This document shows positions 12,487-24,699 of a DNA stretch of 64,000 nt, one piece after another. The notes under the pieces are model-generated. The model saw only the letters and a program-made list of their open reading frames with translations, was not told the origin of the DNA and made no database searches. Numbering within the stretch: the first letter of the stretch is position 1; each line of letters starts with the position of its first letter. Origin of the DNA: Octopus sinensis (Eukaryota); assembly GCF_006345805.1 (NCBI RefSeq), contig NC_043023.1, forward strand, positions 6,944,001-7,008,000, given 5' to 3'. A program made the position numbers and the translations under genes.

Positions 12487-15400
12487 TTTGTTCTGTCCCC
12501 AGAGTCTTTTGTCTTATCCCCAGAGTCTTTTGTTCTATCCCCAGAGTCTTTTGTTCTATCCCCAGAGTCTTTTGTTCTATCCCCAGAGTCTTTTGTTCTA
12601 TCCCCAGAGTCTTTTGTTCTGTCCCCAGTCTTTTGTTTTATCCCCAGAGTCTTTTGTTCTATCCCCAGAGTCTTTTGTTCTATCCCCAGAGTCTTTTGTT
12701 CTATCCCCAAAGTCTTTTGTTCTATCCCCAGATTCTTTTGTTCTATCCCCAGCCCAGAGTCTTTTGTTCTATCCCCAGAGTCTTTTGTCCTAACCCCAGA
12801 GTCTTTTGTTATATCCCCAAAGTCTTTTGTTCTATCCCCAAAGTCTTTTGTTCTATCCCCAAAGTCTTTTGTTCTATCCCCAGAGTCTTTTGTTCTATCC
12901 CCAGAGTCTTTTGTTCTATCCCCAGAGTCTTTTGTCCTAACCCCAGAGTCTTTTGTCCTAACCCCAGAGTCTTTTGTTCTATCCCCAGAGTCTTTTGTCC
13001 TAACCCCAGAGTCTTTTGTTCTATCCCCAGAGTCTTTTGTCCTAACCCCAGAGTCTTTTGTCCTAACCCCAGAGTCTTTTATTCTAACCCCATAGTCTTT
13101 TGTCTTATCCCCCAGTCCTTTGTTCTAATCCCCGAGTCTTTTTGTTCTATCCCCAGATTCTTTTGTTCTATCCCCAGCCCAGAGTCTTTTGTTCTATCCC
13201 CCAGTCTTTTGTTTCTAGTTCTATCCCCAGATTCTTTTGTTCTATCCCCAGCCCAGAGTCTTTTGTCCTAACCCCAGAGCCTTTTGTTCTATCCCCAGAG
13301 TCTTTTGTCCTAACCCAGAGTCTTTTGTCCTAACCCCAGAGTCTTTTGTTATCCCCAGAGTCTTTTGTTCTAACCCCAGAGTCTTTTGTCTTATCCCCAG
13401 AGTCCTTTGTTCTATCCCCAGAGTTTTTTGTTCTATCCTCAGATTCTTTTGTTCTATCCCCAGCCCAGAGTCTTTTGTTCTAACCCCAGAGTCTTTTGTC
13501 CTATCCCCAGAGTCTTTTGTCTTATCCCCAGAGTCTTTTGTTCTATCCCCAGAGTCTTTTGTTCTAACCCCAGAGTCTTTTGTCTTATCCCCAGAGTCCT
13601 TTGTTCTATCCCCAGAGTCTTTTGTTCTAACCCCAGAGTCTTTTGTTCTAGCCCCAGAGTCTTTTGTCTTATCCCCAGAGTCCTTTGTTCTATCCCCAGA
13701 GTCTTTTGTCCTATCCCCAGAGTCTTTTGTCTATCCCCAGAGTCTTTGTTCTATCCCCAGAGTCTTTTGTCCTAACCCCAGAGTCTTTTGTCCTAACCCC
13801 AGAGTCTTTTATTCTAACCCCATAGTCTTTTGTCTTATCCCCGAGTCTTTTGTTCTATCCCCAGAGTCTTTTGTTCTATCCCCAGAGTCTTTTGTTCTAT
13901 CCCCAGAGTCTTTTGTTCTATCCCCAGAGTCTTTTGTTTGTCCCCAGAGTCTTTTGTTCTGTCCCCAGTCTTTTGTTCTTACCCAGATTCTTTTGTTCTA
14001 TCCAGCCCAGAGTCTTTTGTTCTATCCCCAGAGTCTTTTGTCCTAACCCCAGAGTCTTTTGTTCTATCCCAGAGTCTTTTGTTCTATCCCCAGAGTCTTT
14101 TGTTCTATCCCCAGAGTCTTTTGTTCTATCCCCAGAGTCTTTTGTTCTATCCCAGAGTCTTTTGTTCTATCCCAAGAGTCCTTTGTTCTGTCCCGTCTTT
14201 TGTTCTATCCCCAGATTCTTTTGTTCTATCCCCAGCCCAGAGTCTTTGTTCTATCCCCAGAGTCTTTGTCCTAACCCAGAGTCTTTTGTATATCCCCAAA
14301 GTTCTTGTTCTATCCCCAAAGTCTTTTGTTCTATCCCCAAAGTCTTTTGTTCTATCCCAGAGTCTTTTGTTCTATCCCCAGAGTCTTTTGTTCTATCCCC
14401 AGAGTCTTTTGTCCTAACCCCAGAGTCTTTTGTCCTACCCCAGAGTCTTTTGTTCTATCCCCAGAGTCTTTGTCCTAACCCCAGAGTCTTTTGTTCTATC
14501 CCCAGAGTCTTTTGTCCTAACCCCAGAGTCTTTTGTCCTACCCCAGAGTCTTTTATTCTAACCCCATAGTCTTTGTTCTTATCCCCAGAGTCCTTTGTTC
14601 TATCCAGAGTCTTTGTTCTATCCCCAGATTCTTTTGTTCTATCCCCAGCCCAGAGTCTTTTGTTCTATCCCCAGAGTCTTGTTCTATCCCCAGATTCTTT
14701 TGTTCTATCCCCAGCCCAGAGTCTTTTGTCCTAACCCCAGAGTCTTTTGTTTATCCCCAGAGTTTTGTCCTAACCCAGAGTCTTTTGTTCTAACCCAGAG
14801 TCTTTTGTTCTATCCCCAGAGTCTTTTGTTCTAACCCCAGAGTCTTTTGTCTATCCCCAGAGTCCTTTGTTCTATCCCCAGAGTTTTTTGTTCTATCCTC
14901 AGATTCTTTTGTTCTATCCCCACCCAGAGTCTTTTGTTCTAACCCAGAGTCTTTTGTCTATCCCCAGAGTCTTTTGTCTTATTCCCCAGAGTCTTTTGTT
15001 CTATCCCCAGAGTCTTTTGTTCTAACCCAGAGTCTTTTGTCTTATCCCCAGAGTCTTTTGTTCTATCCCCAGAGTCTTTTGTCCTAACCCCAGAGTCTTT
15101 TGTCCTAACCCCAGAGTCTTTTATTCTAACCCCATAGTCTTTTGTCTATCCCCAGAGTCTTTTTGTTCTATCCCCCGAGTCTTTTTGTTCTATCCCCAGA
15201 TCTTTTGTTCTATCCCCAGAGTCTTTTGTTCTATCCCCAGAGTCTTTTGTTCTGTCCCCAGAGTCTTTTGTTCTGTCCCCAGTCTTTTGTTCTATCCCCA
15301 GATTCTTTTGTTCTATCCCCAGCCCAGAGTCTTTTGTTCTATCCCCAGAGTCTTTTGTCCTAACCCCAGAGTCTTTTGTTCTATCCCCAGAGTCTTTTGT

Positions 15401-18400
15401 TCTATCCCCAGAGTCTTTTGTTCTATCCCCAGAGTCTTTTGTTCTATCCCCAGAGTCTTTTGTTCTATCCCCAGAGTCTTTTGTTCTATCCCCAGAGTCT
15501 TTTGTTCTGTCCCCAGTCTTTTGTTCTATCCCCAGATTCTTTTGTTCTATCCCCAGCCCAGAGTCTTTTGTTCTATCCCCAGAGTCTTTTGTCCTAACCC
15601 CAGAGTCTTTTGTTATATCCCCAAAGTCTTTTGTTCTATCCCCAAAGTCTTTTGTTCTATCCCCAGAGTCTTTTGTTCTATCCCCAGAGTCTTTTGTCCT
15701 AACCCCAGAGTCTTTTGTCCTAACCCCAGAGTCTTTTGTTCTATCCCCAGAGTCTTTTGTCCTAACCCCAGAGTCTTTTGTTCTATCCCCAGAGTCTTTT
15801 GTCCTAACCCCAGAGTCTTTTGTCCTAACCCCAGAGTCTTTTATTCTAACCCCATAGTCTTTTGTCTTATCCCCAGAGTCCTTTGTTCTATCCCCAGAGT
15901 CTTTTGTTCTATCCCCAGATTCTTTTGTTCTATCCCCAGCCCAGAGTCTTTTGTTCTATCCCCAGAGTCTTTTGTTCTATCCCCAGATTCTTTTGTTCTA
16001 TCCCCAGCCCAGAGTCTTTTGTCCTAACCCCAGAGTCTTTTGTTCTATCCCCAGAGTCTTTTGTCCTAACCCCAGAGTCTTTTGTCCTAACCCCAGAGTC
16101 TTTTGTTGTATCCCCAGAGTCTTTTGTTCTAACCCCAGAGTCTTTTGTCTTATCCCCAGAGTCCTTTGTTCTATCCCCAGAGTTTTTTGTTCTATCCTCA
16201 GATTCTTTTGTTCTATCCCCAGCCCAGAGTCTTTTGTTCTAACCCCAGAGTCTTTTGTCCTATCCCCAGAGTCTTTTGTCTTATCCCCAGAGTCTTTTGT
16301 TCTATCCCCAGAGTCTTTTGTTCTAACCCCAGAGTCTTTTGTCTTATCCCCAGAGTCCTTTGTTCTATCCCCAGAGTCTTTTGTTCTAACCCCAGAGTCT
16401 TTTGTTCTAGCCCCAGAGTCTTTTGTCTTATCCCCAGAGTCCTTTGTTCTATCCCCAGAGTCTTTTGTCCTATCCCCAGAGTCTTTTGTCTTATCCCCAG
16501 AGTCTTTTGTTCTATCCCCAGAGTCTTTTGTCCTAACCCCAGAGTCTTTTGTCCTAACCCCAGAGTCTTTTATTCTAACCCCATAGTCTTTTGTCTTATC
16601 CCCAGAGTCTTTTGTTCTATCCCCAGAGTCTTTTGTTCTATCCCCAGAGTCTTTTGTTCTATCCCCAGAGTCTTTTGTTCTATCCCCAGAGTCTTTTGTT
16701 CTGTCCCCAGAGTCTTTTGTTCTGTCCCCAGTCTTTTGTTCTATCCCCAGATTCTTTTGTTCTATCCCCAGCCCAGAGTCTTTTGTTCTATCCCCAGAGT
16801 CTTTTGTCCTAACCCCAGAGTCTTTTGTTCTATCCCCAGAGTCTTTTGTTCTATCCCCAGAGTCTTTTGTTCTATCCCCAGAGTCTTTTGTTCTATCCCC
16901 AGAGTCTTTTGTTCTATCCCCAGAGTCTTTGTGTCTATCCCCAGAGTCCTTTGTTCTGTCCCCAGTCTTTGTGTTCTATCCCCAGATTCTTTTGTTCTAT
17001 CCCCAGCCCAGAGTCTTTTGTTCTATCCCCAGAGTCTTTTGTCCTAACCCCAGAGTCTTTTGTTATATCCCCAAAGTCTTTTGTTCTATCCCCAAGTCTT
17101 TTGTTCTATCCCCAAAGTCTTTTGTTCTATCCCCAGAGTCTTTTGTTCTATCCCCAGAGTCTTTTGTTCTATCCCCAGAGTCTTTTGTCCTAACCCCAGA
17201 GTCTTTTGTCCTAACCCCAGAGTCTTTTGTTCTATCCCCAGAGTCTTTTGTCCTAACCCCAGAGTCTTTTGTTCTATCCCCAGAGTCTTTTGTCCTAACC
17301 CCAGAGTCTTTTGTCCTAACCCCAGAGTCTTTTATTCTAACCCCATAGTCTTTTGTCTTATCCCCAGAGTCCTTTGTTCTATCCCCAGAGTCTTTTGTTC
17401 TATCCCCAGATTCTTTTGTTCTATCCCCAGCCCAGAGTCTTTTGTTCTATCCCCAGAGTCTTTTGTTCTATCCCCAGATTCTTTTGTTCTATCCCCAGCC
17501 CAGAGTCTTTTGTCCTAACCCCAGAGTCTTTTGTTCTATCCCCAGAGTCTTTTGTCCTAACCCCAGAGTCTTTTGTCCTAACCCCAGAGTCTTTTGTTCT
17601 ATCCCCAGAGTCTTTTGTTCTAACCCCAGAGTCTTTTGTCTTATCCCCAGAGTCCTTTGTTCTATCCCCAGAGTTTTTTGTTCTATCCTCAGATTCTTTT
17701 GTTCTATCCCCAGCCCAGAGTCTTTTGTTCTAACCCCAGAGTCTTTTGTCCTATCCCCAGAGTCTTTTGTCTTATCCCCAGAGTCTTTTGTTCTATCCCC
17801 AGAGTCTTTTGTTCTAACCCCAGAGTCTTTTGTCTTGTCCCCAGAGTCCTTTGTTCTATCCCCAGAGTCTTTTGTTCTAACCCCAGAGTCTTTTGTCTTA
17901 TCCCCAGAGTCCTTTGTTCTATCCCCAGATTCTTTTGTTCTAACCCCAGAGTCTTTTGTCCTAACCCCAGAGTCTTTTGTCCTAACCCCAGAGTCTTTTG
18001 TTCTATCCCCAGAGTCTTTTGTTCTAACCCCAGAGTCTTTTGTCTTATCCCCAGAGTCCTTTGTTCTATCCCCAGAGTCTTTTGTCCTATCCCCAGAGTC
18101 TTTTGTCTTATCCCCAGAGTCTTTTGTTCTATCCCCAGAGTCTTTTGTTCTATCCCCAGAGTCTTTTGTTCTATCCCCAGAGTCTTTTGTTCTGTCCCCA
18201 GTCTTTTGTTTTATCCCCAGAGTCTTTGTTCTATCCCCAGAGTCTTTGTTCTATCCCCAGAGTCTTTTGTTCTATCCCCAAAGTCTTTTGTCTATCCCCA
18301 GATTCTTTGTTCTATCCCCAGCCCAGAGTCTTTTGTTCTATCCCCAGAGTTTTGTCCTACCCCAGAGTCTATTGTTCTATCCCCAAAGTTTTCGTTCTAT

Positions 18401-21400
18401 CCGCAGAGTCTTTTGTTCTATCCCCAGAGTCTTTTGTTCTATCCCCAGATTCTTTGTTCTATCCCCAGCCCAGAGTCTTTTGTTCTATCCAGAGTCTTTT
18501 GTCCTAACCCCAGAGTCTTTGTTCTATCCCCATAGTCTTTGTCTAACCCCAGGTCTTTTGTCTTATCCCAGAGTCCTTTGTTCTATCCCCAGAGTTTTTT
18601 GTTCTATCCTCAGATTCTTTTGTTCTATCCCCAGCCCAGAGTCTTTTGTTCTAACCCCAGAGTCTTTTGTCCTATCCCCAGAGTCTTTTGTCTATCCCCA
18701 GAGTCTTTGTTCTATCCCAGAGTCTTTTGTTCTACCCCCAGAGTCTTTTGTCTTATCCCCAGAGTCTTTGTTCTATCCCAGAGTCTTTTGTTCTAACCCC
18801 AGAGTCTTTTGTCTTATCCCCAGAGTCCTTTGTTCTATCCCCAGATTCTTTTGTTCTAACCCCAGAGTCTCTTGTCCTAACCCCAGAGTCTTTTGTCCTA
18901 ACCCCAGAGTCTTTTGTTCTATCCCCAGAGTCTTTTGTTCTAACCCAGAGTCTTTTGTCTTATCCCCAGAGTCCTTTGTTCTATCCCCAGAGTCTTTTGT
19001 CCTATCCCCAGAGTCTTTTGTCTTATCCCAGAGTCTTTGTTCTATCCCAGAGTCTTTGTTCTATCCCCAGAGTCTTTGTTCTATCCCCAGAGTCTTTTGT
19101 TCTATCCCCAGAGTCTTTTGTTCTGTCCCCAGTCTTTTGTTTTATCCCCAGAGTCTTTTGTTCTATCCCCAGAGTCTTTTGTTCTATCCCCAGAGTCTTT
19201 TGTTCTATCCCCAAAGTCTTTTGTTCTATCCCCAGATTCTTTTGTTCTATCCCCAGCCCAGAGTCTTTTGTTCTATCCCCAGAGTCTTTTGTCCTAACCC
19301 CAGAGTCTATTGTTCTATCCCCAAAGTTTTCGTTCTATCCGCAGAGTCTTTTGTTCTATCCCCAGAGTCTTTTGTTCTATCCCCAGATTCTTTTGTTCTA
19401 TCCCCAGCCCAGAGTCTTTTGTTCTATCCCCAGAGTCTTTTGTCCTAACCCCAGAGTCTTTTGTTCTATCCCCATAGTCTTTTGTCCTAACCCCAGAGTC
19501 TTTTGTCCTAACCCCAGAATCTTTTGTTCTATCCCCAGAGTCTTTTGTCCTAACCCCAGAGTCTTTTGTTCTATCCCCAGAGTCTTTTGTCCTAACCCCA
19601 GAGTCTTTTGTCCTAACCCCAGAGTCTTTTGTTCTTACCCCAGAGTCTTTTGTCTTATCCCCAGAGTCCTTTGTTCTATCCCCAGAGTCTTTTGTTCTAT
19701 CCCCAGATTCTTTTGTTCTATCCCCAGCCCAGAGTCTTTTGTTCTATCCCCAGAGTCTTTTGTTCTATCCCCAGATTCTTTTGTTCTATCCCCAGCCCAG
19801 AGTCTTTTGTTCTACCCCTAGAGTCTTTTGTCCTAACCCCAGAGTCTTTTGTCCTAACCCCAGAGTCTTTTGTTCTATCCCCAGAGTCTTTTGTTCTAAC
19901 CCCAGAGTCTTTTGTCTATCCCCAGAGTCCTTTGTTCTATCCCAGAGTCTTTTGTTCTATTCCCAGATTCTTTTGATCTATCCCCAGCGTCTTTTGTTCT
20001 ATCCCCAGATTCTTTTGTTCTATCCCCAGCCCAGAGTCTTTTGTTCTAACACCAGAGTCTTTTGTCCTATCCCCAGAGTCTTTTGTCCTATCCCCAGAGT
20101 CTTTTGTCTTATCCCCAGAGTCTTTTGTTCTATCCCCAGAGTCTTTTGTTCTAACCCCAGAGTCTTTTGTCTTATCCCCAGAGTCCTTTGTTCTACCCCC
20201 AGAGTCTTTTGTTCTAACCCCAGAGTCTTTTGTCTTATCCCCAGAGTCCTTTGTTCTATCCCCAGATTCTTTTGTTCTAACCCCAGAGTCTTTTGTCCTA
20301 ACCCCAGAGTCTTTTGTTCTATCCCCAGAGTCTTTTGTTCTAACCCCAGAGTCTTTTGTCTTATCCCCAGATTCCTTTGTTCTATCCCCAGGGTCTTTTG
20401 TCCTAACCCCAGAGTCTTTTGTTCTATCCCCAGAGTCTTTGTTCTAACCCCAGAGTCTTTTGTCTATCCCCAGAGTCTTTTGTCCTATCCCCAGAGTCTT
20501 TGTCTTATCCCCAGAGTCTTTTTTCTATCCCCAGAGTCTTTTGTTCTAACCCCAGAGTCTTTTGTCTTATCCCCAGAGTCCTTTGTTCTATCCCAGAGTC
20601 TTTTGTTCTAACCCCAGAGTCTTTTGTCTTATCCCCAGAGTCCTTTGTTCTATCCCCAGAGTCTTTTGTTCTATCCCCAGCCCAGAGTCTTTTGTTCTAT
20701 CCCCAGAGTCTTTTGTCCTATCCCCAGAGTCTTTTGTTCTATCCCCAGAGTCCTTTGTTCTATCCCCAGAGTCTTTTGTTCTATCCCCAGATTCTTTTGT
20801 TCTATCCCCAGCCCAGAGTCTTTTGTTCTATCCCCAGAGTCTTTTGTTCTATCCCCAGATTCTTTTGTTCTATCCCCAGCCCAGAGTCTTTTGTTCTACC
20901 CCTAGAGTCTTTTGTCCTAACCCCAGAGTCTTTTGTCCTAACCCCAGAGTCTTTTGTTCTATCCCCAGAGTCTTTTGTTCTAACCCCAGAGTCTTTTGTC
21001 TTATCCCCAGAGTCCTTTGTTCTATCCCCAGAGTCTTTTGTTCTATTCCCAGATTCTTTTGATCTATCCCCAGAGTCTTTTGTTCTATCCCCAGATTCTT
21101 TTGTTCTATCCCCAGCCCAGAGTCTTTTGTTCTAACACCAGAGTCTTTTGTCCTATCCCCAGAGTCTTTTGTCCTATCCCCAGAGTCTTTTGTCTTATCC
21201 CCAGAGTCTTTTGTTCTATCCCCAGAGTCTTTTGTTCTAACCCCAGAGTCTTTTGTCTTATCCCCAGAGTCCTTTGTTCTACCCCCAGAGTCTTTTGTTC
21301 TAACCCCAGAGTCTTTTGTCTTATCCCCAGAGTCCTTTGTTCTATCCCCAGATTCTTTTGTTCTAACCCCAGAGTCTTTTGTCCTAACCCCAGAGTCTTT

Positions 21401-22284
21401 TGTTCTATCCCCAGAGTCTTTTGTTCTAACCCCAGAGTCTTTTGTCTTATCCCCAGATTCCTTTGTTCTATCCCCAGGGTCTTTTGTCCTAACCCCAGAG
21501 TCTTTTGTTCTATCCCCAGAGTCTTTTGTTCTAACCCCAGAGTCTTTTGTCCTATCCCCAGAGTCTTTTGTCCTATCCCCAGAGTCTTTTGTCTTATCCC
21601 CAGAGTCTTTTGTTCTATCCCCAGAGTCTTTTGTTCTAACCCCAGAGTCTTTTGTCTTATCCCCAGAGTCCTTTGTTCTATCCCCAGAGTCTTTTGTTCT
21701 AACCCCAGAGTCTTTTGTCTTATCCCCAGAGTCCTTTGTTCTATCCCCAGTGTCTTTTGTCCTATCCCCAGAGTCTTTTGTCCTATTCCCAGAGTCTTTT
21801 GTCCTATCCCCAGAGTCCTTTGTTCTATCCCCAGAGTCTTTTGTCCTATCCCCAGAGTCTTTTGTCCTGTCCCCAGAGTCTTTTGTTCTAACCCCAGAGT
21901 CTTTTGTCTTATCCCCAGAGTCCTTTGTTCTATCCCCAGAGTCTTTTGTCCTAACCCCAGAGTCTTTTGTTCTAACCCCAGAGTCTTTTGTCCTATCCCC
22001 AGAGTCTTTTGTTCTAACCCCAGAGTCTTTTGTCTTATCCCCAGAGTCCTTTGTTCTATCCCCAGAGGCTTTTGTCCTATCCCCAGAGTCTTTTGTCCTA
22101 ACCCCAGAGTCTTTTGTCTTATCCCCAGAGTCCTTTGTTCTATCCCCAGAGTCTTTTGTCCTAACCCCAGAGTCTTTTGTCTTATCCCCAGAGTCCTTTG
22201 TTCTATCCCCAGAGTCTTTTGTCCTAACCCCAGAGTCTTTTGATCTATCCCCAGAGTATTTTGTCCTATCCCCAGAGTCTTTTG
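12487..22284. repeat. 21-bp satellite array, ~9.8 kb, roughly 460-470 monomers
   Basis: Consensus ccccagagtcttttgttctat, with recurrent variants (cctaacccc, cttatcccc, cagattc, +5-bp cccag). Confidence 0.98.
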
Positions 22285-22695
22285 TTTTTGTTTCCTGCTA
22301 ACAGGAAAGGCTTTCAGCCTGAGGAAATCTGTCCCAATGAACTCTCATCTGAGCCATGCAAGCATTTATCTTGTAATGCTGCTTGGAGGCCTTTTTTGTT
22401 TGTAATCGATCCAGTCCCATTTCCATTTCAGAATGTCCTGCCTGATGGGAGTCTGGTTTGTTCTATTCCACAGACTTCTGTTTGAAATTTTGTCTTTGTT
22501 AGACTGGAAGATTATTACCTCCCTTGGAAATAAGTCAGGTTTGTTAAGAAGAAAGACTTCCAGTCAGAGAAAATCTCTTGTCTGACCCCCGTAAGCATTT
22601 GTCTTGCAATGCTCTTTGGGGCCCGCCTTAGAGTGTGACTGATCTAGCCCCATTTTTTTTCAGAATTTCTTAATTTGTTGGGAGTTTGGTTCACT

Positions 22696-23962
22696 GGATC
22701 TTTTCGGTTTGAACGGCAGTTTTTTCTAGTGGTATCATATGAAATTGTCAGCCATAATTATGACCCTAGTATCGATGTATTGCATTTCAATCTGTTTTAG
22801 GGTTAGGGTTAGGGGAAGGGTATCTTTTTTTCTTCAGAAATGTAAATAAACCCAATCTGTTTCTTAAACGAGGGACATTTTCATACGGCACAGAATGTTT
22901 TCACCTCAATAGACATCATTGATTGGTTGAAATTGCAGAAATTGAAGAAAAACAACAACAAATATCTTAGAAACTATAGAATTTTCTCAATAAAGCCAAG
23001 AGAAAAAGATGTTTTATAAACACATTCTACCAGTATACGAAGTTTAAAAGTGTTTAGTTACGTGGAAATTATATTTAAAAAACTGCCGGTCAAACCGAAA
23101 AGATCCATGGTTTTTACCTCAATAGACGTCAGTGATTGGTTGAAATTGCAGAAATTGAAGAAAAAAACCCAACAAATATCTTAGAAACTATAGAATTTTC
23201 TCAATAAAGCCAAGAGAAAAAGATGTTTTATAAACACATTCTACCAGTATACGAAGTTTAAAAGTGTTTAGTTACGTGGAAATTATTTTTAAAAAACTGC
23301 CAGTCAAACTGAAAAGATCCATGGTTTTTACCTCAATAGACAATCAGTGATTGGTTGAAATTGCAGAAATTGAAGAAAAAAACCCAACAAATATCTTAGA
23401 AACTATAGAATTTTTTCAATAAAGCCAAGAGAAAAAGATGTTTTATAAACACATTCTACCAGTTTACGAAGTTTAAAAGTGTTTAGTTACGTGGAAATTA
23501 TTTTTAAAAAACTGCCAGTCAAACCGAAAAGATCCATGGTTTTTACCTCAATAGACAATCAGTGATTGGTTGAAATTGCAGAAATTGAAGAAAAAAACCC
23601 AACAAATATCTTAGAAACTATAGAATTTTCTCAATAAAGCCAAGAGAAAGAGATGTTTTATAAACACATTCTACCAGTATACGAAGTTTAAAAGTGTTTA
23701 GTTACGTGGAAATTATTTTAAAAAACTGCCGGTCAAACCGAAAAGATCCATGGTTTTTACCTCAATAGACGTCAGTGATTGGTTGAAATTGCAGAAATTG
23801 AAGAAAAAACCCAACAAATATCTTAGAAACTATAGAATTTTCTCAATAAAGCCAAGAGAAAAAGATGTTTTATAAACACATTCTACCAGTATACGAAGTT
23901 TAAAAGTGTTTAGTTACGTGGAAATTATTTTTAAAAAACTGTCGTTCAAACCGGAAAGATCT
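22696..23962. mobile_element. Non-autonomous DNA transposon (MITE, possibly Merlin-like) with five tandem ~214-bp copies of its right arm
   Basis: ~30-bp TIRs GGATCTTTTCGGTTTGAACGGCAGTTTTTT / AAAAAACTGTCGTTCAAACCGGAAAGATCT. Degenerate 8-bp flanking duplication ggttcact/ggttcgtt. Repeat starts at ~22904, 23117, 23331, 23546, 23760. Confidence 0.75.
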
Positions 23963-24058
23963 GGTTCGTTTTATCCCATACTGGGATAACGTTGATGGTA
24001 TTTTCAAATTCTCTATCTATCTGCTTTACACTTCTTTCTGTCTTCTGTCCACTTCTAG

Positions 24059-24194
24059 GTGCGGCAACAACTTCTGCTCTGCGCATCGATACGCTGAGAC
24101 TCACGACTGCACATTTGATTACAAAGCTGAGGGTCGGAAAATCATCAGACAGAACAACCCTGTAATAAAGGCGTCGAAATTGCCGAAAATTTGA
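24059..24194 (+). CDS. ZFAND4: ZFAND4 terminal coding exon (second half of AN1 finger, stop)
   Basis: acttctag|G TGC... gives (R)CGNNFCSAHRYAETHDCTFDYKAEGRKIIRQNNPVIKASKLPKI*. Completes C-x2-C-x11-C-x-C-x4-C-x2-H-x5-H-x-C. Phase 2 matches the previous exon. Confidence 0.95.
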
Positions 24195-24265
24195 GAAACA
24201 CACACACACACATGCATACATATATTGAAAAAAAAAAGAGAAAAGAAAAGGAATAATTTAAATGA

Positions 24266-24303
24266 AATAAAATCAGCAGAAAAAGAAAACCCCCACCAAA
24301 TAA
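24266..24303 (+). terminator. Candidate polyadenylation signals of ZFAND4
   Basis: Two AATAAA hexamers (~24266 and ~24298) 70-110 nt after the stop. The region is A-rich, so they could be chance. Confidence 0.3.
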
Positions 24304-24699
24304 AAATACTTCAAAAAACGGCCCCTTAAAAAAACTTTCTCCACCTCGCCACTTAACATGCCAAAAAAAAAACAAAACAAAAAACAAGAGAACCCCCTCC
24401 CCCAAAAAACTAGAGGCTACACCCACCGGTCAGTTGAAAGTATCGCATAAAATACTGTTAATAAGATTATTATTACCACTGTGGTTGTTGTTGTTGTTAT
24501 TTGTGTGTGTGTGTGTATTAGTGGCTTGGTGGTTTGGGTATTTGGTTTATGATCATGAGGTCATAAGTTCAATTCCCATCAGGAATTCCATGAATACGCA
24601 TTTTTATGTTTCTCTGTCACACTTTAACCTTTCATCATTTGACACAAGATCACCTCCTTCAATCCCCACTCCCCTCTCAAAATTCCTTGTCTTGCAGGT

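Noticed and set aside
12487-22284. Recursive (ratchet) splice sites in the satellite
   Set aside because: The monomer junction is CAG|AG, not AG|GT. The one AG|GT seen (~18550) is in an indel-rich patch that is likely an error.
12420-22485. Dozens of long ORFs (up to 668 aa) of PRVFCSI/PESFVLS/PQSLLFY repeats
   Set aside because: They are a by-product of a 21-bp (7-codon) stop-poor satellite and mostly start at TTG. They are not genes in themselves and are relevant only if spliced into (see finding).
22797-22815. TTAGGG repeats as a telomere or fusion site
   Set aside because: Only 2-3 units, internal to a MITE.
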